From Francisella tularensis subsp. holarctica (GTDB taxonomy: Bacteria > Pseudomonadota > Gammaproteobacteria > Francisellales > CACEW01), in contig CAMCUU010000002.1 in the NCBI GenBank assembly GCA_945879065.1, forward strand, positions 3,543 through 67,542: a stretch of DNA of 64,000 nucleotides. Direction: 5' to 3'. The notes below the pieces were generated by a model. That model saw only the letters and a list, made by a program, of their open reading frames with translations. It was not told the origin of the DNA and ran no database searches. Positions 29,814-39,866 of this stretch are shown in pieces (the stretch's first letter is position 1; the number at the start of each line of letters is the position of its first letter). The translations under genes were made by a program, and so were the position numbers.

Positions 29814-30761
29814 TCACTTTCCTCCGTAACTTGGGCCATCACCTTCTCCAAAGCGGCGATAAGCATCTCTTGCTGCGGCCTTGGCAGCTTCAGCAGCTTC
29901 TTTTTCAGCGGCTTTACGAGCAAGCGCTTCTGATCTCATACGAGCGGTTCTTTCTTTATCAGTTTCTGCTGTGCTTGCTGGACTTCCACTGGCGCCGCCT
30001 TCTGTTGGAGTGTGCTTAGGTGAAAATGCCAATGCGGCAGAGCCACGATGAACTGCAGGCAGAATAGCAACACCAGAGGGTGTATAGAAATCACCGACTT
30101 TTTTAGCTACTGCTTCAGAAGTTTTTGCATAAGCAGCTTGAATATTTTTTGTGACTTCTAAAAACTTTTCCAAAACAGGGGTCAGGCTATTTAAAGGCAG
30201 TGTTGGCATATCGGAGGGTAACAAAGTGACGCTCTCGCTAATGCTCAGGGAGGATAAGGGTATGGGGGCTATGGAGTAAACCGCCGAAGGCGCGCTTTCA
30301 GAACTGCTTTTTAGGCTGCTTGCAGGGCTTTCATCAGTGACGCTAGGGGCTGGCAGTAGCTTGCCTACCTCAGCTTCAATCACTGGGATTAAGTTATTCG
30401 CAATAGCGATCAGTGTCAGCTGATTGAATGTCCCTAAAAAAGAAACGTGGATTGTCTCGGGCTTATCTGGAGTGGAATCAGTAGCCTCAGCGAGTCGAAA
30501 TAATCTTGCATGTTCTGCGAACCAGCCTTTTAGGTGCTCTTTTTTTATCTGAGCGGCTTCGCCCAATTTTTCGACTAAGAAAGCAGAGATTGTTGAAAGA
30601 TTCCCGCCCGAAATTTCAAGAACCATTTGGCTCCCTGTATCGCTCAATTTTTCTGCCCTGACTTGTAATTTGAAAGGCATGTTATCTGCCGCTGCGCCAG
30701 AACCACCGCCGCCTGCACCTGCTGGGGCTGCTGTTGAATCTTTAGCTGGAAAACTACTCAT
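29814..30761 (-). CDS. Ala/Ser/Gly-rich orphan protein (315 aa)
   Basis: It is the only long ORF in a GC-richer stretch. N-terminal AGAGGGGSGAAA and a C-terminal AEKEAAEAAKAAARDA helix. No known domain recognised. Confidence 0.6.
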   Translation of the reverse strand: MSSFPAKDSTAAPAGAGGGGSGAAADNMPFKLQVRAEKLSDTGSQMVLEISGGNLSTISAFLVEKLGEAAQIKKEHLKGWFAEHARLFRLAEATDSTPDKPETIHVSFLGTFNQLTLIAIANNLIPVIEAEVGKLLPAPSVTDESPASSLKSSSESAPSAVYSIAPIPLSSLSISESVTLLPSDMPTLPLNSLTPVLEKFLEVTKNIQAAYAKTSEAVAKKVGDFYTPSGVAILPAVHRGSAALAFSPKHTPTEGGASGSPASTAETDKERTARMRSEALARKAAEKEAAEAAKAAARDAYRRFGEGDGPSYGGK

Positions 30762-31043
30762 ATTTTTTATTCCTCACTTCGTAAAAATTAATAATATTTT
30801 TTAAAAAAATTGCTTAAAGATAAAACTTAAGCGGAGCGGAGATTAAAATTTTTTCTGCTGGAAAAGAATCTAAAAAAGCTGAAAAAATAAATAAAAAAGA
30901 GCTGTAGAAAAAAGCGTTTTTTGATCTATGAACAAAGACTTTTTGTAGGGGTAGGTCCGTGTATCAATAATCAATAAAAAACAGAAATTTTTCTGAAATT
31001 TAATTTGCTAGTCAAATGCCTAGTAAGTAAATGCCTAGTAAAA

Positions 31044-32567
31044 TTAACCAAGCCCAGTTCCATAATTATTCCCATTCCCATTCCCATTCCTATGGCCATC
31101 TAAGTGGGGGGTAGAGCCTTTTGGTTTATGTCTTTTTAATGGAACAGCGGTGTGGCCACTTGCAACTATTGTTGAACCACCTGCATCGGAGCGCGTATCC
31201 GAAGGGACGGGATCTGTTGCATTTCCAGTAGCGACTGACGCAGGCAAGTGTTTTTGATCTTTATAAACACCTAGATTTTCAACAAGAGAGCTGATGTTCA
31301 TAAAAAGCGCTAAGAGCATATTGATGCCAATACCAGCCCCGAGTTGATAATGTGGGTGGCGTTCAAAAGGAAGCTCAGTGTGCTGGGCAACCCAGTGGCC
31401 CGTTAGCTGACAACCATCTTTGATGATCGGTGCGATGGCATCTTTAGCGCTGGAAAAAAGAGGTGCAGCGGAGGGAGCCAAAGAAAGGACGGCAAGCACA
31501 ACCGCTAAGATCCTCAGGCCAGGTAAGTTTCGTTGATGCTTATTCCAAATGGGTTCTAGTCCACGAATTAATCCACGAGAAATCCATAAAATATAAAATG
31601 GATAATTAATCCCAGTGGATATCCATTGGATAGCTAAGTGAGTGCCTACAGCTGTTTTTTGAAACTGGCAGGCTATGTTTTGGCCAAGTGCATTAGGGTT
31701 GCCTAAGGCAGTCAAGACACTGGCTCGCATAGTGAGTACATACAGCGCTGAGCCAATGACCGAAACAGCTGATAATAAGCCAATGATGCGTTTGACGCTG
31801 GGGCTATTTTCTAAACCGTGAGTGTTCTTCTCTAGATCAAACCATTCATAGCGGTAGGCGTTTTTTAAATAATTCCAGGTATCTGGGATAGCGGCAAAGC
31901 CTTGAAGAACAGCTAAAGCCCGAGCGATGGCAGTCATATACCAACCGAAGACGGTCCCCACTGAACCCGGTAAATCTAAAAGCACTGCTCCAGCAACAGT
32001 GGCTTCCAGCATGGAAATAGCAGCAGTGAGGCAGAGAGGGTAAAGAAGAGCAGCTATAAGATCAGCAGGGATTCCCGTCAGGCCACAAAAAGCATTGAAT
32101 AATTTTTGATATTTTTGTCGCGTGGTATTTTTTCCATCTTTCTTCGGGCCGACCAAAAAGTTTCTAAACACTAAATAATAAAGCCCAAAGTTAATGACCG
32201 CGCTATCTCCAGCGGTTACCCATCGAAATGGATTAGAGTGAATTTCTGTTGAGCCTTGGCGATTCATACATACATAAGCAAAAGCAACAGGGAGCGCTAA
32301 AACAACGGCTGTTTTATTTAAGTTTGCAAGAGTGGTTCCTAAGGCGCTCATCTCTTGCTTAAACCAATCGCAGCATGTTTGTTTTTTAGGAGTCATAAAA
32401 GCGCTTGCTGAAGTGGGTAACTCAGAAGTTAAAAGCGAGCTTCCAGGACCAGCCTCAGGATCTGTATTGGGGCCTTGAGGTGCTGGGGTGTCAGGGGTTC
32501 CATAACTTGTTCCATTCCCCAAAACAGCATTCAGTGGATTAAAGACGTTCGTGGGTTGTCCTGACAT
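31044..32567 (-). CDS. Large polytopic membrane orphan with disordered termini (507 aa)
   Basis: About 10 hydrophobic segments, a Pro/Gly/Thr-rich N-terminus and a (GN)n C-terminal tail. Confidence 0.62.
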   Translation of the reverse strand: MSGQPTNVFNPLNAVLGNGTSYGTPDTPAPQGPNTDPEAGPGSSLLTSELPTSASAFMTPKKQTCCDWFKQEMSALGTTLANLNKTAVVLALPVAFAYVCMNRQGSTEIHSNPFRWVTAGDSAVINFGLYYLVFRNFLVGPKKDGKNTTRQKYQKLFNAFCGLTGIPADLIAALLYPLCLTAAISMLEATVAGAVLLDLPGSVGTVFGWYMTAIARALAVLQGFAAIPDTWNYLKNAYRYEWFDLEKNTHGLENSPSVKRIIGLLSAVSVIGSALYVLTMRASVLTALGNPNALGQNIACQFQKTAVGTHLAIQWISTGINYPFYILWISRGLIRGLEPIWNKHQRNLPGLRILAVVLAVLSLAPSAAPLFSSAKDAIAPIIKDGCQLTGHWVAQHTELPFERHPHYQLGAGIGINMLLALFMNISSLVENLGVYKDQKHLPASVATGNATDPVPSDTRSDAGGSTIVASGHTAVPLKRHKPKGSTPHLDGHRNGNGNGNNYGTGLG

Positions 32568-32646
32568 TGTTGATCTCGCTTTTTTAGCTTATTTAAACAG
32601 CGGCGGACGGTACAAAAACACTTTGCCAATTGCAATCCTCAATTTT

Positions 32647-32661
32647 TAGGGGCGAATCTTG
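32647..32661. repeat. Half copy of the dispersed hairpin (TAGGGGCGAATCTTG)
   Basis: 15 nt identical to 5624-5638. The sequence diverges inside the loop. Confidence 0.6.
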
Positions 32662-32685
32662 CATGGGGGGCCGATTTTTTTATTA

Positions 32686-34098
32686 TTAAATCGGCTTCTC
32701 CAGCAACCCATAATAAAACCCATCGCCTCCAGAGAGCTCAGCCTCTGGATCTGCCCCATCTCCAGGGAAAATCTGCCAGCCAAATTTAGTTTTAGTCCCT
32801 AAGGGCAATTCAAAATCTAGTTTTTTAAATTCAGGATGGGCTGATAAAAACTGGCCCAGGACATAGTCATTCTCAATGGGTAATACAGAGCAGGTGGTAT
32901 AGAGCAGTAAACCACCTGGTTTTAAACAGCCAGATAAATTATTTAATAGCTGGAGTTGATCTCTCGGCAATCTTTTTAAATCAGACTCTTTGCGCAGAAA
33001 TAAAATATCGGGATGTCTTCGCACTACTCCAGTCGCTGAGCAAGGCGCGTCTAATAAAATTCGGTCGAATTGATCCAGTGGATTAACCCCCTCTCTGTCC
33101 TGAAAGATTTCATCTTTCAGTCCTGTCTCTCCCGCCAGGGGAGAGACGAGATCTGAGTGATCAGCCAACAAATCTGCGCAAATAATTTTAGGTAATTCAA
33201 ACCCGGCTCTTTGAAAATTTTCTTTTAATTTTTCAAGTCTTAAAAAATCAGAATCTGCACAGGTGAGATCTAGCTCTTTATTCACTTCTAATAAGCTTAA
33301 AGCCTTGCCACCCGGTGCTGAGCAAGCATCTAATATTTTTAAATTATTATTTTTATTTGATAAATCTAATAATTTTAATAACTGGGGCACATAGTGCAAA
33401 GACAAATCTTGAATATAAAACCAGCCTTCTGAATAGCCGGGTAAATCTAAAATATTAATATTTTTAGCTCTTAACTCCAGGCAATTTTCCAGACCCAAAT
33501 CCAGTCTTTGAATAGCTGAAATATCTTTAAGATTTAATAAATTTAAATAATCTTGGGTCTTTATTTTTTGGCTATTAATTCTTAAAAAAATCGGCACTTT
33601 AGACTCTGAATTTTTTAAAATACTGTCCCAATTATTTTTTTTATTTTCTGGAAAATATTTCTTTAAATTTTTGACCCACCAGTCTGGCCCATAGACTTTT
33701 TTAAATTTGGGTTTTTCTCTTAAGTCTTTTCTTAAACAAGCGTTGATTAAACTCTTGGCCCAGTTTTTATTAATTAAATCTAATAACTCTACTGTTTCGA
33801 AAACTACGGCGTGGTCGCTCACGGACATAAATCTAATTTGATATAAGCCCATTAATAAAATAATAAAAACATCTTGGTCTTTGCTTTTAAATTCTTGGGT
33901 TAAATAAGTTTTAGCTAATTTTTCTAGGCCAAAATATTCCCGCAAGACCCCATAAGATAAAGTCTTCACCCAGGCCCGGTTTAAGCTGGAGATAGAGTCT
34001 AAATATTCATGTTCTACGTGGCTTAAAGAGTGCTTTTTAATTAACACTTCACTCAAAATAGAAAACCCAAGGGCTCTTAAATTATCGCCGCTGTTCAT
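32686..34098 (-). CDS. rsmB: 16S rRNA (cytosine967-C5)-methyltransferase
   Basis: N-terminal NusB-like domain, DACSAPGGKA, LLDAPCSATGVVRRHPDI, YTTCSVLPIEND. Confidence 0.9.
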   Translation of the reverse strand: MNSGDNLRALGFSILSEVLIKKHSLSHVEHEYLDSISSLNRAWVKTLSYGVLREYFGLEKLAKTYLTQEFKSKDQDVFIILLMGLYQIRFMSVSDHAVVFETVELLDLINKNWAKSLINACLRKDLREKPKFKKVYGPDWWVKNLKKYFPENKKNNWDSILKNSESKVPIFLRINSQKIKTQDYLNLLNLKDISAIQRLDLGLENCLELRAKNINILDLPGYSEGWFYIQDLSLHYVPQLLKLLDLSNKNNNLKILDACSAPGGKALSLLEVNKELDLTCADSDFLRLEKLKENFQRAGFELPKIICADLLADHSDLVSPLAGETGLKDEIFQDREGVNPLDQFDRILLDAPCSATGVVRRHPDILFLRKESDLKRLPRDQLQLLNNLSGCLKPGGLLLYTTCSVLPIENDYVLGQFLSAHPEFKKLDFELPLGTKTKFGWQIFPGDGADPEAELSGGDGFYYGLLEKPI

Positions 34099-34144
34099 GT
34101 TTTATATACCCCTGTGATTTTTTAGATTTTTTAAATTTTTTAAA

Positions 34145-34951
34145 TTAATTTTTTTGAAAGATTAAATCCCAGACCCCATGGCCTAAGTTTTCACCGCGTT
34201 TTTGAAATTTAGTACTGGGCCGTCCGGTTATTTCTTGATTGGGTGCAAAATTATTTAACCCGTAAATATTGGATAAGTCTTGATTCTCACCCAGAATTTT
34301 TAGCATCTGCTCTGCATAGTTTTCCCAGTCTGTTGCTAGATGAATTTGACCAGAGTTTTTTAATTTTAAAACTAATTTTTTAACAAATTCTTCTTGAATT
34401 AACCTTCTTTTATGATGCTTTTTCTTATGCCAAGGATCTGGAAAAAATATTTGTATTTTTTGTAAATAATTATTGGGAATATATTTTTCTAAAATCTCTA
34501 CGGCATCATGAGATAAAACTTTTAAATTAGTTAAATTTTCTTGATTCTTATTTTCTTGTTCTATGCCCAGTAAAATATGCCCCACTCCAGGTCGATGAAC
34601 TTCCAGGCCCAGATAATTTAAATCTGGATTGTCTTTGGCCATTTGAATTAAAGAATCCCCCATCCCAAAACCGATTTCTAAGACCAGAGGGTTGTTATTT
34701 TTAAAGTTTTTATTTAATTCTAAATTTAAATCTATGCCATAAATTAAATACAACTGATCCAAAGCCCGGGCTTGCGAGGGAGTCAGCCGACCTTCTCGCC
34801 GAACGAAGCTTTTGATGGTTCTTAGGTTTTTTTGATTTGCTGGTAAATCAGTGGGTAAACCAGCGGGTAAATCAGCGGGTAAATTTTCTGGTGAATTAGC
34901 AGATAAATTTTTTAAAAAATTATTAGAAAAATTATTAGAAGAAATAGTCAT
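34145..34951 (-). CDS. trmB: tRNA (guanine46-N7)-methyltransferase
   Basis: LEIGFGMGDSL and FFPDPWHKKKHHKRRL. N-terminal repeat extension PENLPADLPAGLPTDLPAN. Confidence 0.9.
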   Translation of the reverse strand: MTISSNNFSNNFLKNLSANSPENLPADLPAGLPTDLPANQKNLRTIKSFVRREGRLTPSQARALDQLYLIYGIDLNLELNKNFKNNNPLVLEIGFGMGDSLIQMAKDNPDLNYLGLEVHRPGVGHILLGIEQENKNQENLTNLKVLSHDAVEILEKYIPNNYLQKIQIFFPDPWHKKKHHKRRLIQEEFVKKLVLKLKNSGQIHLATDWENYAEQMLKILGENQDLSNIYGLNNFAPNQEITGRPSTKFQKRGENLGHGVWDLIFQKN

Positions 34952-35020
34952 GCCAGTGCTTTTGCGAAAAAGGATAATGACTATAATGGCGCCGATTTTT
35001 TTGTAAAGAGGATTGCCAGC

Positions 35021-35749
35021 ATGGCCAAAACAATTGCCCTTCTTCAGCAGAAGGGAGGTTCAGGGAAAACGACAACGTCGGTGAATTTAGCCGGTGGATT
35101 GCGTGAGTGTGGTTATAAAGTTTTGATTACAGACATGGACAAAGATAAGCCAGACGCTTGGTCTTGGGCTGCTAAAAGCGAATCCATGAAAGACTTGGCC
35201 ATTCAGGTTGATGAAAAACAAGCGCGTGAAGAATTATCTAAGCTCAAGTTAATTTATGATTTTATTATTATTGACACCCCGCCAAATTTTCAGACCGCTG
35301 CGCTCAAAGCGGCTTTACTCGCAGATCTAGTAGTTATACCTACAGCACCTTCAGGCATGGATCTTTCTGGTTTATTAGAAGCTAAAGAATTAGCTCAAAC
35401 AGCGGACAGACCCTATAAATTATTGGCTAATAGAGTGGCTAAAAATACCGTCATGAGTCGGAGCTTATTACAAGTCTTAGAAGAAGATGGGCATGGTTTT
35501 GAATCCCATATTCCCCAGAGCATTAAATTTGTGGAAGCCGAATCTCAGGGTTTATATATCGGTGAGTATGAACCCAATGGCAATGCCCACCATGCAGTAA
35601 AACAAGTCTGTAAAGAAGTTTTAGATTTTTTTAACTTAGCCCATAAGAAATCCCCGCAAACCCAGGCTAATCAGGCTAATCAGGCTAATCAGGCTAATCA
35701 GGCTAATCAGGCTCATCAAGACAAAATCTTAGAAAAAGAAATAGGTTAA
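35021..35749 (+). CDS. parA: ParA/MinD-family partition ATPase (small, plasmid-type)
   Basis: Deviant Walker A QQKGGSGKTTTSVNLA and DTPP. C-terminal (QAN)5 repeat. Confidence 0.85.
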   Translation: MAKTIALLQQKGGSGKTTTSVNLAGGLRECGYKVLITDMDKDKPDAWSWAAKSESMKDLAIQVDEKQAREELSKLKLIYDFIIIDTPPNFQTAALKAALLADLVVIPTAPSGMDLSGLLEAKELAQTADRPYKLLANRVAKNTVMSRSLLQVLEEDGHGFESHIPQSIKFVEAESQGLYIGEYEPNGNAHHAVKQVCKEVLDFFNLAHKKSPQTQANQANQANQANQANQAHQDKILEKEIG

Positions 35750-35754
35750 TTTCC

Positions 35755-36681
35755 ATGAAAAAAATATCTTTATTTGGTCGTAAACGCTTGGGAGATTTGG
35801 TCGAAACAGAGACTATTTCTGAGATTAAAAAAGATGAATTATTAGCTTTAAAATTAGATCAAATTAATACCGAAGCTCGGTCTGCGGGAAATTTACAAAT
35901 GCTGCCGATTGATTTGATCAAGCCCGATTTAAATCAGCCCAGAAAGCAATTTAGGCATATTGATTCTTTGGCTAAAAGCATTGAAGAAAAAGGGATTATC
36001 CAGCCCATTATTGTGTCTATTAAAAACAAAGACGGCTTTTATACCATTATTGCTGGAGAGCGTAGATACAGAGCCGCTCTTGAGGCTGGATTATTAACTT
36101 TGCCCTGTATTATTCGCCAAGAGTCAGACGCCAATATTTTAATTTTGCAATTATTAGAAAACGACCAAAGAGAAAACGTCTCGCCCTTGGAAGAATCAGA
36201 AGCTTTGTGTCAATTGATTAACCAAATGAATTTATCTAAAGCCCAAATTGCCAAAGAACTAGGTCGTGATCCGAGCTGGGTGTCGATTAGGTTGGGTTTG
36301 AAAAAAGCCAGTGAGGGAATAAAAGCCTTAATTCAAGACGGCATTATTGAAGACATTCGAACCCTTCATGAATTAAGAATGTTCGAAGAGTCTGATCCGA
36401 TTAAAGCCCAGACTTTAATTACCAGAATGCGCAATAACACCGTGACCGGGTCTTATCGACAAGTGATTGCGAATGCCAGGCGCGAGAAAAATTCTAGTTT
36501 AAGAGCTGCCAGGACTTATAAGATTCAAAATATAAAACTAGATCAGCAAGAAAGTACAACTTATCTGGAGCTGGACTTAGGGGGTGAACGCCCTGTTCGC
36601 TATGAAATTGATCAAGATTTATTGGAAAATTTTGTGAGTAATCTAATCAGCAATTTAGACTTAGCTGAAGTTACTGTTTAA
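35755..36681 (+). CDS. parB: ParB-family partition protein
   Basis: ParB N-domain IIQPIIV...IIAGERRYRAA and HTH LSKAQIAKELGRDPSWVS. Confidence 0.85.
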   Translation: MKKISLFGRKRLGDLVETETISEIKKDELLALKLDQINTEARSAGNLQMLPIDLIKPDLNQPRKQFRHIDSLAKSIEEKGIIQPIIVSIKNKDGFYTIIAGERRYRAALEAGLLTLPCIIRQESDANILILQLLENDQRENVSPLEESEALCQLINQMNLSKAQIAKELGRDPSWVSIRLGLKKASEGIKALIQDGIIEDIRTLHELRMFEESDPIKAQTLITRMRNNTVTGSYRQVIANARREKNSSLRAARTYKIQNIKLDQQESTTYLELDLGGERPVRYEIDQDLLENFVSNLISNLDLAEVTV

Positions 36682-36718
36682 AAGTTTAAAAATTTAAAAA
36701 TTATTACTGGAGAGCCTT

Positions 36719-38299
36719 ATGCGTCGTCAATGGTATCTAGGTTTTGGCCTGATTTTGCTCTTTGTTTTTTTATTATTAGTCATGATTCATCATGGCCCCT
36801 GGATGCTGATTTTCTTAGTGCCCTTATTATTACTTTGGGCCTATGACGTCACCCAGACCAAGCACGCTATTTTGAGAAATTTTCCAGTCTTAGGGCATAT
36901 CCGATTTTTTCTAGAATTTTTCAGGCCTGAAATTCAGCAATATTTTATTGCCGATGATGTCTCTGAGCGGCCCTTTGATCGAGAGACTAGAAGTATTGTG
37001 TACCAACGGTCGAAGAATATTCGAGATACGATTCCGTTTGGAACTGAACGAGATATTCGAGCCATTGGTTATGAGTGGATTTTACATTCTTTAAGACCGG
37101 TTCCTGTCAGCCATGTTGAACCTAGAATTATGATCGGTGGACCCCAGTGTAAGCAGCCTTATTCAGCCTCTCGATTGAATATTTCAGCCATGAGTCATGG
37201 GGCTATTTCAGCGAATGCTATTTTGGCTTTGAACGAAGGCGCGAAACTAGGCAATTTTTATCACAATACGGGTGAAGGCGGCTTAAGTGAGTACCATTTA
37301 AGACCCGGCGGTGATATCACTTTTCAAATAGGAACGGCTTACTTTGGCTGCCGTGATGATCATGGGAATTTTGACCCGGAAGAATTCGCAAAAAAAGCGG
37401 CTTATCCCCAGGTCAAAATGATCGAATTAAAGTTATCTCAAGGTGCGAAGCCTTCTCATGGCGGGATTTTACCAGCGGCGAAAGTCACTCAAGAGATTGC
37501 GGCTATTCGTAAAGTTAAAATGGGCGAAGATGTTTTCTCACCGCCGGCTCATACGGCTTTTTCTACTCCAGAAGAGCTGATTTTATTTATTCAAAAATTG
37601 CGCGAATTATCTCAGGGCAAACCCGTAGGTTTTAAATTATGCATGGGACGAAAAACAGATTTTTTTGCCATTTGCAAAGCCATGCTCTCGACCCAAATTT
37701 TTCCTGATTTTATTAATATTGACGGTGCTGAAGGGGGTACGGGAGCTGCGCCTTTAGAATATGCCAACCATGTCGGAACGCCTTTAGACGAAGGCTTAAA
37801 CTTTGCTCACAATGCTTTAATTGGCATCGGAGCTCGGGACAAAATTAAACTTATTTGCAGCGGTAAAGTGGCAACAGGTTTTGATATTTTGACCAAGATG
37901 GCGCTAGGTGCGGATGTTTGTAACGCCGCTCGTAGTTTCATGATGTCCTTAGGCTGTATTCAGTCTAAACAATGCAATGCGAATACTTGCCCCACAGGCG
38001 TTGCCACTCAAGATAAAAGATTAATGAAAGGCCTGGTAATTAAAGAGAAAAAACATCGCGTCTTGAATTACCATAATTTAACCATGCATGCTTTCTTAGA
38101 ATTAATTGCAGCCATGGGGATTTCTAATCCTAGTGATATTCAGCCTATTCATATTAAGCGACGCATCGCGCCGGATTTAATCAAAACCTATGCTGAAATT
38201 TATGATTATTTTGAAGAAGGTTGTTTATTAAAACCAGAGACGATTCCGATTCACTATGCCCGCCATTGGCTGACGGCTTCGGAGAAACATTTTAAATAA
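36719..38299 (+). CDS. FMN-binding glutamate synthase-family protein (GltB domain-2-like) with N-terminal TM helices
   Basis: NISAMSHGAIS, NTGEGG, DGAEGGTGAAP, and the CNANTCPTGVATQD Fe-S-like loop. Confidence 0.85.
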   Translation: MRRQWYLGFGLILLFVFLLLVMIHHGPWMLIFLVPLLLLWAYDVTQTKHAILRNFPVLGHIRFFLEFFRPEIQQYFIADDVSERPFDRETRSIVYQRSKNIRDTIPFGTERDIRAIGYEWILHSLRPVPVSHVEPRIMIGGPQCKQPYSASRLNISAMSHGAISANAILALNEGAKLGNFYHNTGEGGLSEYHLRPGGDITFQIGTAYFGCRDDHGNFDPEEFAKKAAYPQVKMIELKLSQGAKPSHGGILPAAKVTQEIAAIRKVKMGEDVFSPPAHTAFSTPEELILFIQKLRELSQGKPVGFKLCMGRKTDFFAICKAMLSTQIFPDFINIDGAEGGTGAAPLEYANHVGTPLDEGLNFAHNALIGIGARDKIKLICSGKVATGFDILTKMALGADVCNAARSFMMSLGCIQSKQCNANTCPTGVATQDKRLMKGLVIKEKKHRVLNYHNLTMHAFLELIAAMGISNPSDIQPIHIKRRIAPDLIKTYAEIYDYFEEGCLLKPETIPIHYARHWLTASEKHFK

Positions 38300-38419
38300 A
38301 CTTTATTTTTAAATTTTTAATAGAAAAATTTTAATAAAAAAAATAGCGGATCAGATCAAGCGTGAGGGAGAGAGGGAATAATCTGATTCGCTATGAGTTT
38401 TTCTAGTTTTTATTTAAAT

Positions 38420-38842
38420 TTATTCTTTGACTACTAAGACATCACAGGGCTGCTTGGTCAAAATAGCCCGCGCGACGGTAAATAAAGCCATGAGTCCACT
38501 GCGACAATTGCCCACCACAATTAAATCTGTCTCAGTCCGACGGGCGTGTTCAAAAATCGCTTGATTGGCAATCCCTTGTCTTAAAAAACGTTTATTCATG
38601 GGTATTCCCACACGATCACCGATTTCATTCATATCATGTTCAGCTTTCTTTTGAATTTCATTTTCAAGATCTGTGATGCTGGCCAGAGAAAATTCCATAC
38701 CTCGGCTTAGCTCTCTGGTGACGTGCAATAAACTTAAAGTGGCTCCCGTCTCTTTGGCGATAAAAGCAGCGCGTTGAGCGGCTTTAAATTCTTCTTTGAT
38801 GGGCGAGTCAATGGCCATTAAAATATGCTGATAAGAATGCAT
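38420..38842 (-). CDS. Universal stress protein (UspA family)
   Basis: 140 aa, with HILMAIDS, DLIVVG and PCDVLVV. Confidence 0.8.
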   Translation of the reverse strand: MHSYQHILMAIDSPIKEEFKAAQRAAFIAKETGATLSLLHVTRELSRGMEFSLASITDLENEIQKKAEHDMNEIGDRVGIPMNKRFLRQGIANQAIFEHARRTETDLIVVGNCRSGLMALFTVARAILTKQPCDVLVVKE

Positions 38843-39062
38843 TTGAGAATCCTCCTAAATTGATTCTAATATTGATTCTAGTTTTAATTTTTTAGTCGAT
38901 CTAATTTAATAAACCCCTTGGGAATAAACACTTTCCAGAGGTTTTTATTATTTAAAAATTATTTAAAAATTATTTAAACGGGTCAAAAATAAGGCCGGGG
39001 AGAATAGACGAGGGGCTTAATTACGCAAGACTATTTTTAATTTAAAATATCATATAAAAATA

Positions 39063-39713
39063 TCAATCTAAAAATTGATAAAGCTGCCTTCGACAGTCAT
39101 TAATTTCTGAAAATTCAATCCCATGCAGGCCTGTTCTTATGGCGCTTTCAATATTTTCTTTCATGTCGTCAATTAAAATACTTTCGTGGGCCAAAATCTG
39201 ATTATGGTCCAAGAGATAATGATAAATCTTAGGGTCTGGCTTTAATAATTTAATTTTTCCCGAGACTGTAATATGCGCAAATAAATTAAAAAAATCATAT
39301 TTCTGAAATAAATAATTAAAAAATTCTTCCGACATATTTGTTAAGCAATAGAGCTCTAATTTTTCTCCTAATTTTTCACCTAGTTTTTTTCTCTGATCCA
39401 GCTCTTTTAATAATTCAATAGAATCTTTTTTGGGTGTTAAAGATTCTTTGGCTGTATATAAAGCATGCTGGGCTAGCTCTAAACTAATCCCCCATTGCGC
39501 TTGCATCTTTTGAGCAACTTCTTTCTCAGAAATAAGGCCCTGATCAAAGGCCAGCCAGTCAGCCAGGCGAAACATACTGGGCGTAAATTTTCCAGAATAT
39601 TCCGTATTTTTAAAAGCCTGATTAATAATATTTTCTGGATTCCAGGTTAATAAAACATTCCCAATATCAAAAATAATATTTTTTCTTTTTCTTTTTTTTT
39701 CTATTTCACTCAC
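39063..39713 (-). CDS. HAD-family hydrolase
   Basis: IIFDIGNVLL, KPDPKIY, LIDDMKENI. Contains an in-frame LGEKLGEKL repeat. Confidence 0.7.
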   Translation of the reverse strand: MSEIEKKRKRKNIIFDIGNVLLTWNPENIINQAFKNTEYSGKFTPSMFRLADWLAFDQGLISEKEVAQKMQAQWGISLELAQHALYTAKESLTPKKDSIELLKELDQRKKLGEKLGEKLELYCLTNMSEEFFNYLFQKYDFFNLFAHITVSGKIKLLKPDPKIYHYLLDHNQILAHESILIDDMKENIESAIRTGLHGIEFSEINDCRRQLYQFLD

Positions 39714-39866
39714 TTGGCTTCTCCTATTTTCCCAATTTATTCCCTATTTATTCCCAATTTATTCCCAATTTTTTAACACTTTTAAGACAGGCTCACCCAC
39801 TTGAGCTTAGCTAGATAATTTCAGTACTATGCCGCAAATTTATTAAAATAATACGGATTTAAAACA

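Noticed and set aside
30762-30850. A PmrA-type tandem TTAA regulatory site upstream of the 315-aa orphan (CTTAAGTTTTATCTTTAAG on the sense strand).
   Set aside because: The two TTAA cores are spaced about 13 nt apart rather than the 11 nt of the Legionella/Coxiella consensus as I recall it. In DNA this AT-rich such matches are expected by chance.
34952-36718. A search for a parS or centromere-like repeat flanking parAB.
   Set aside because: No convincing palindrome or iteron was seen by eye in the short flanks, and I cannot exclude sites elsewhere.
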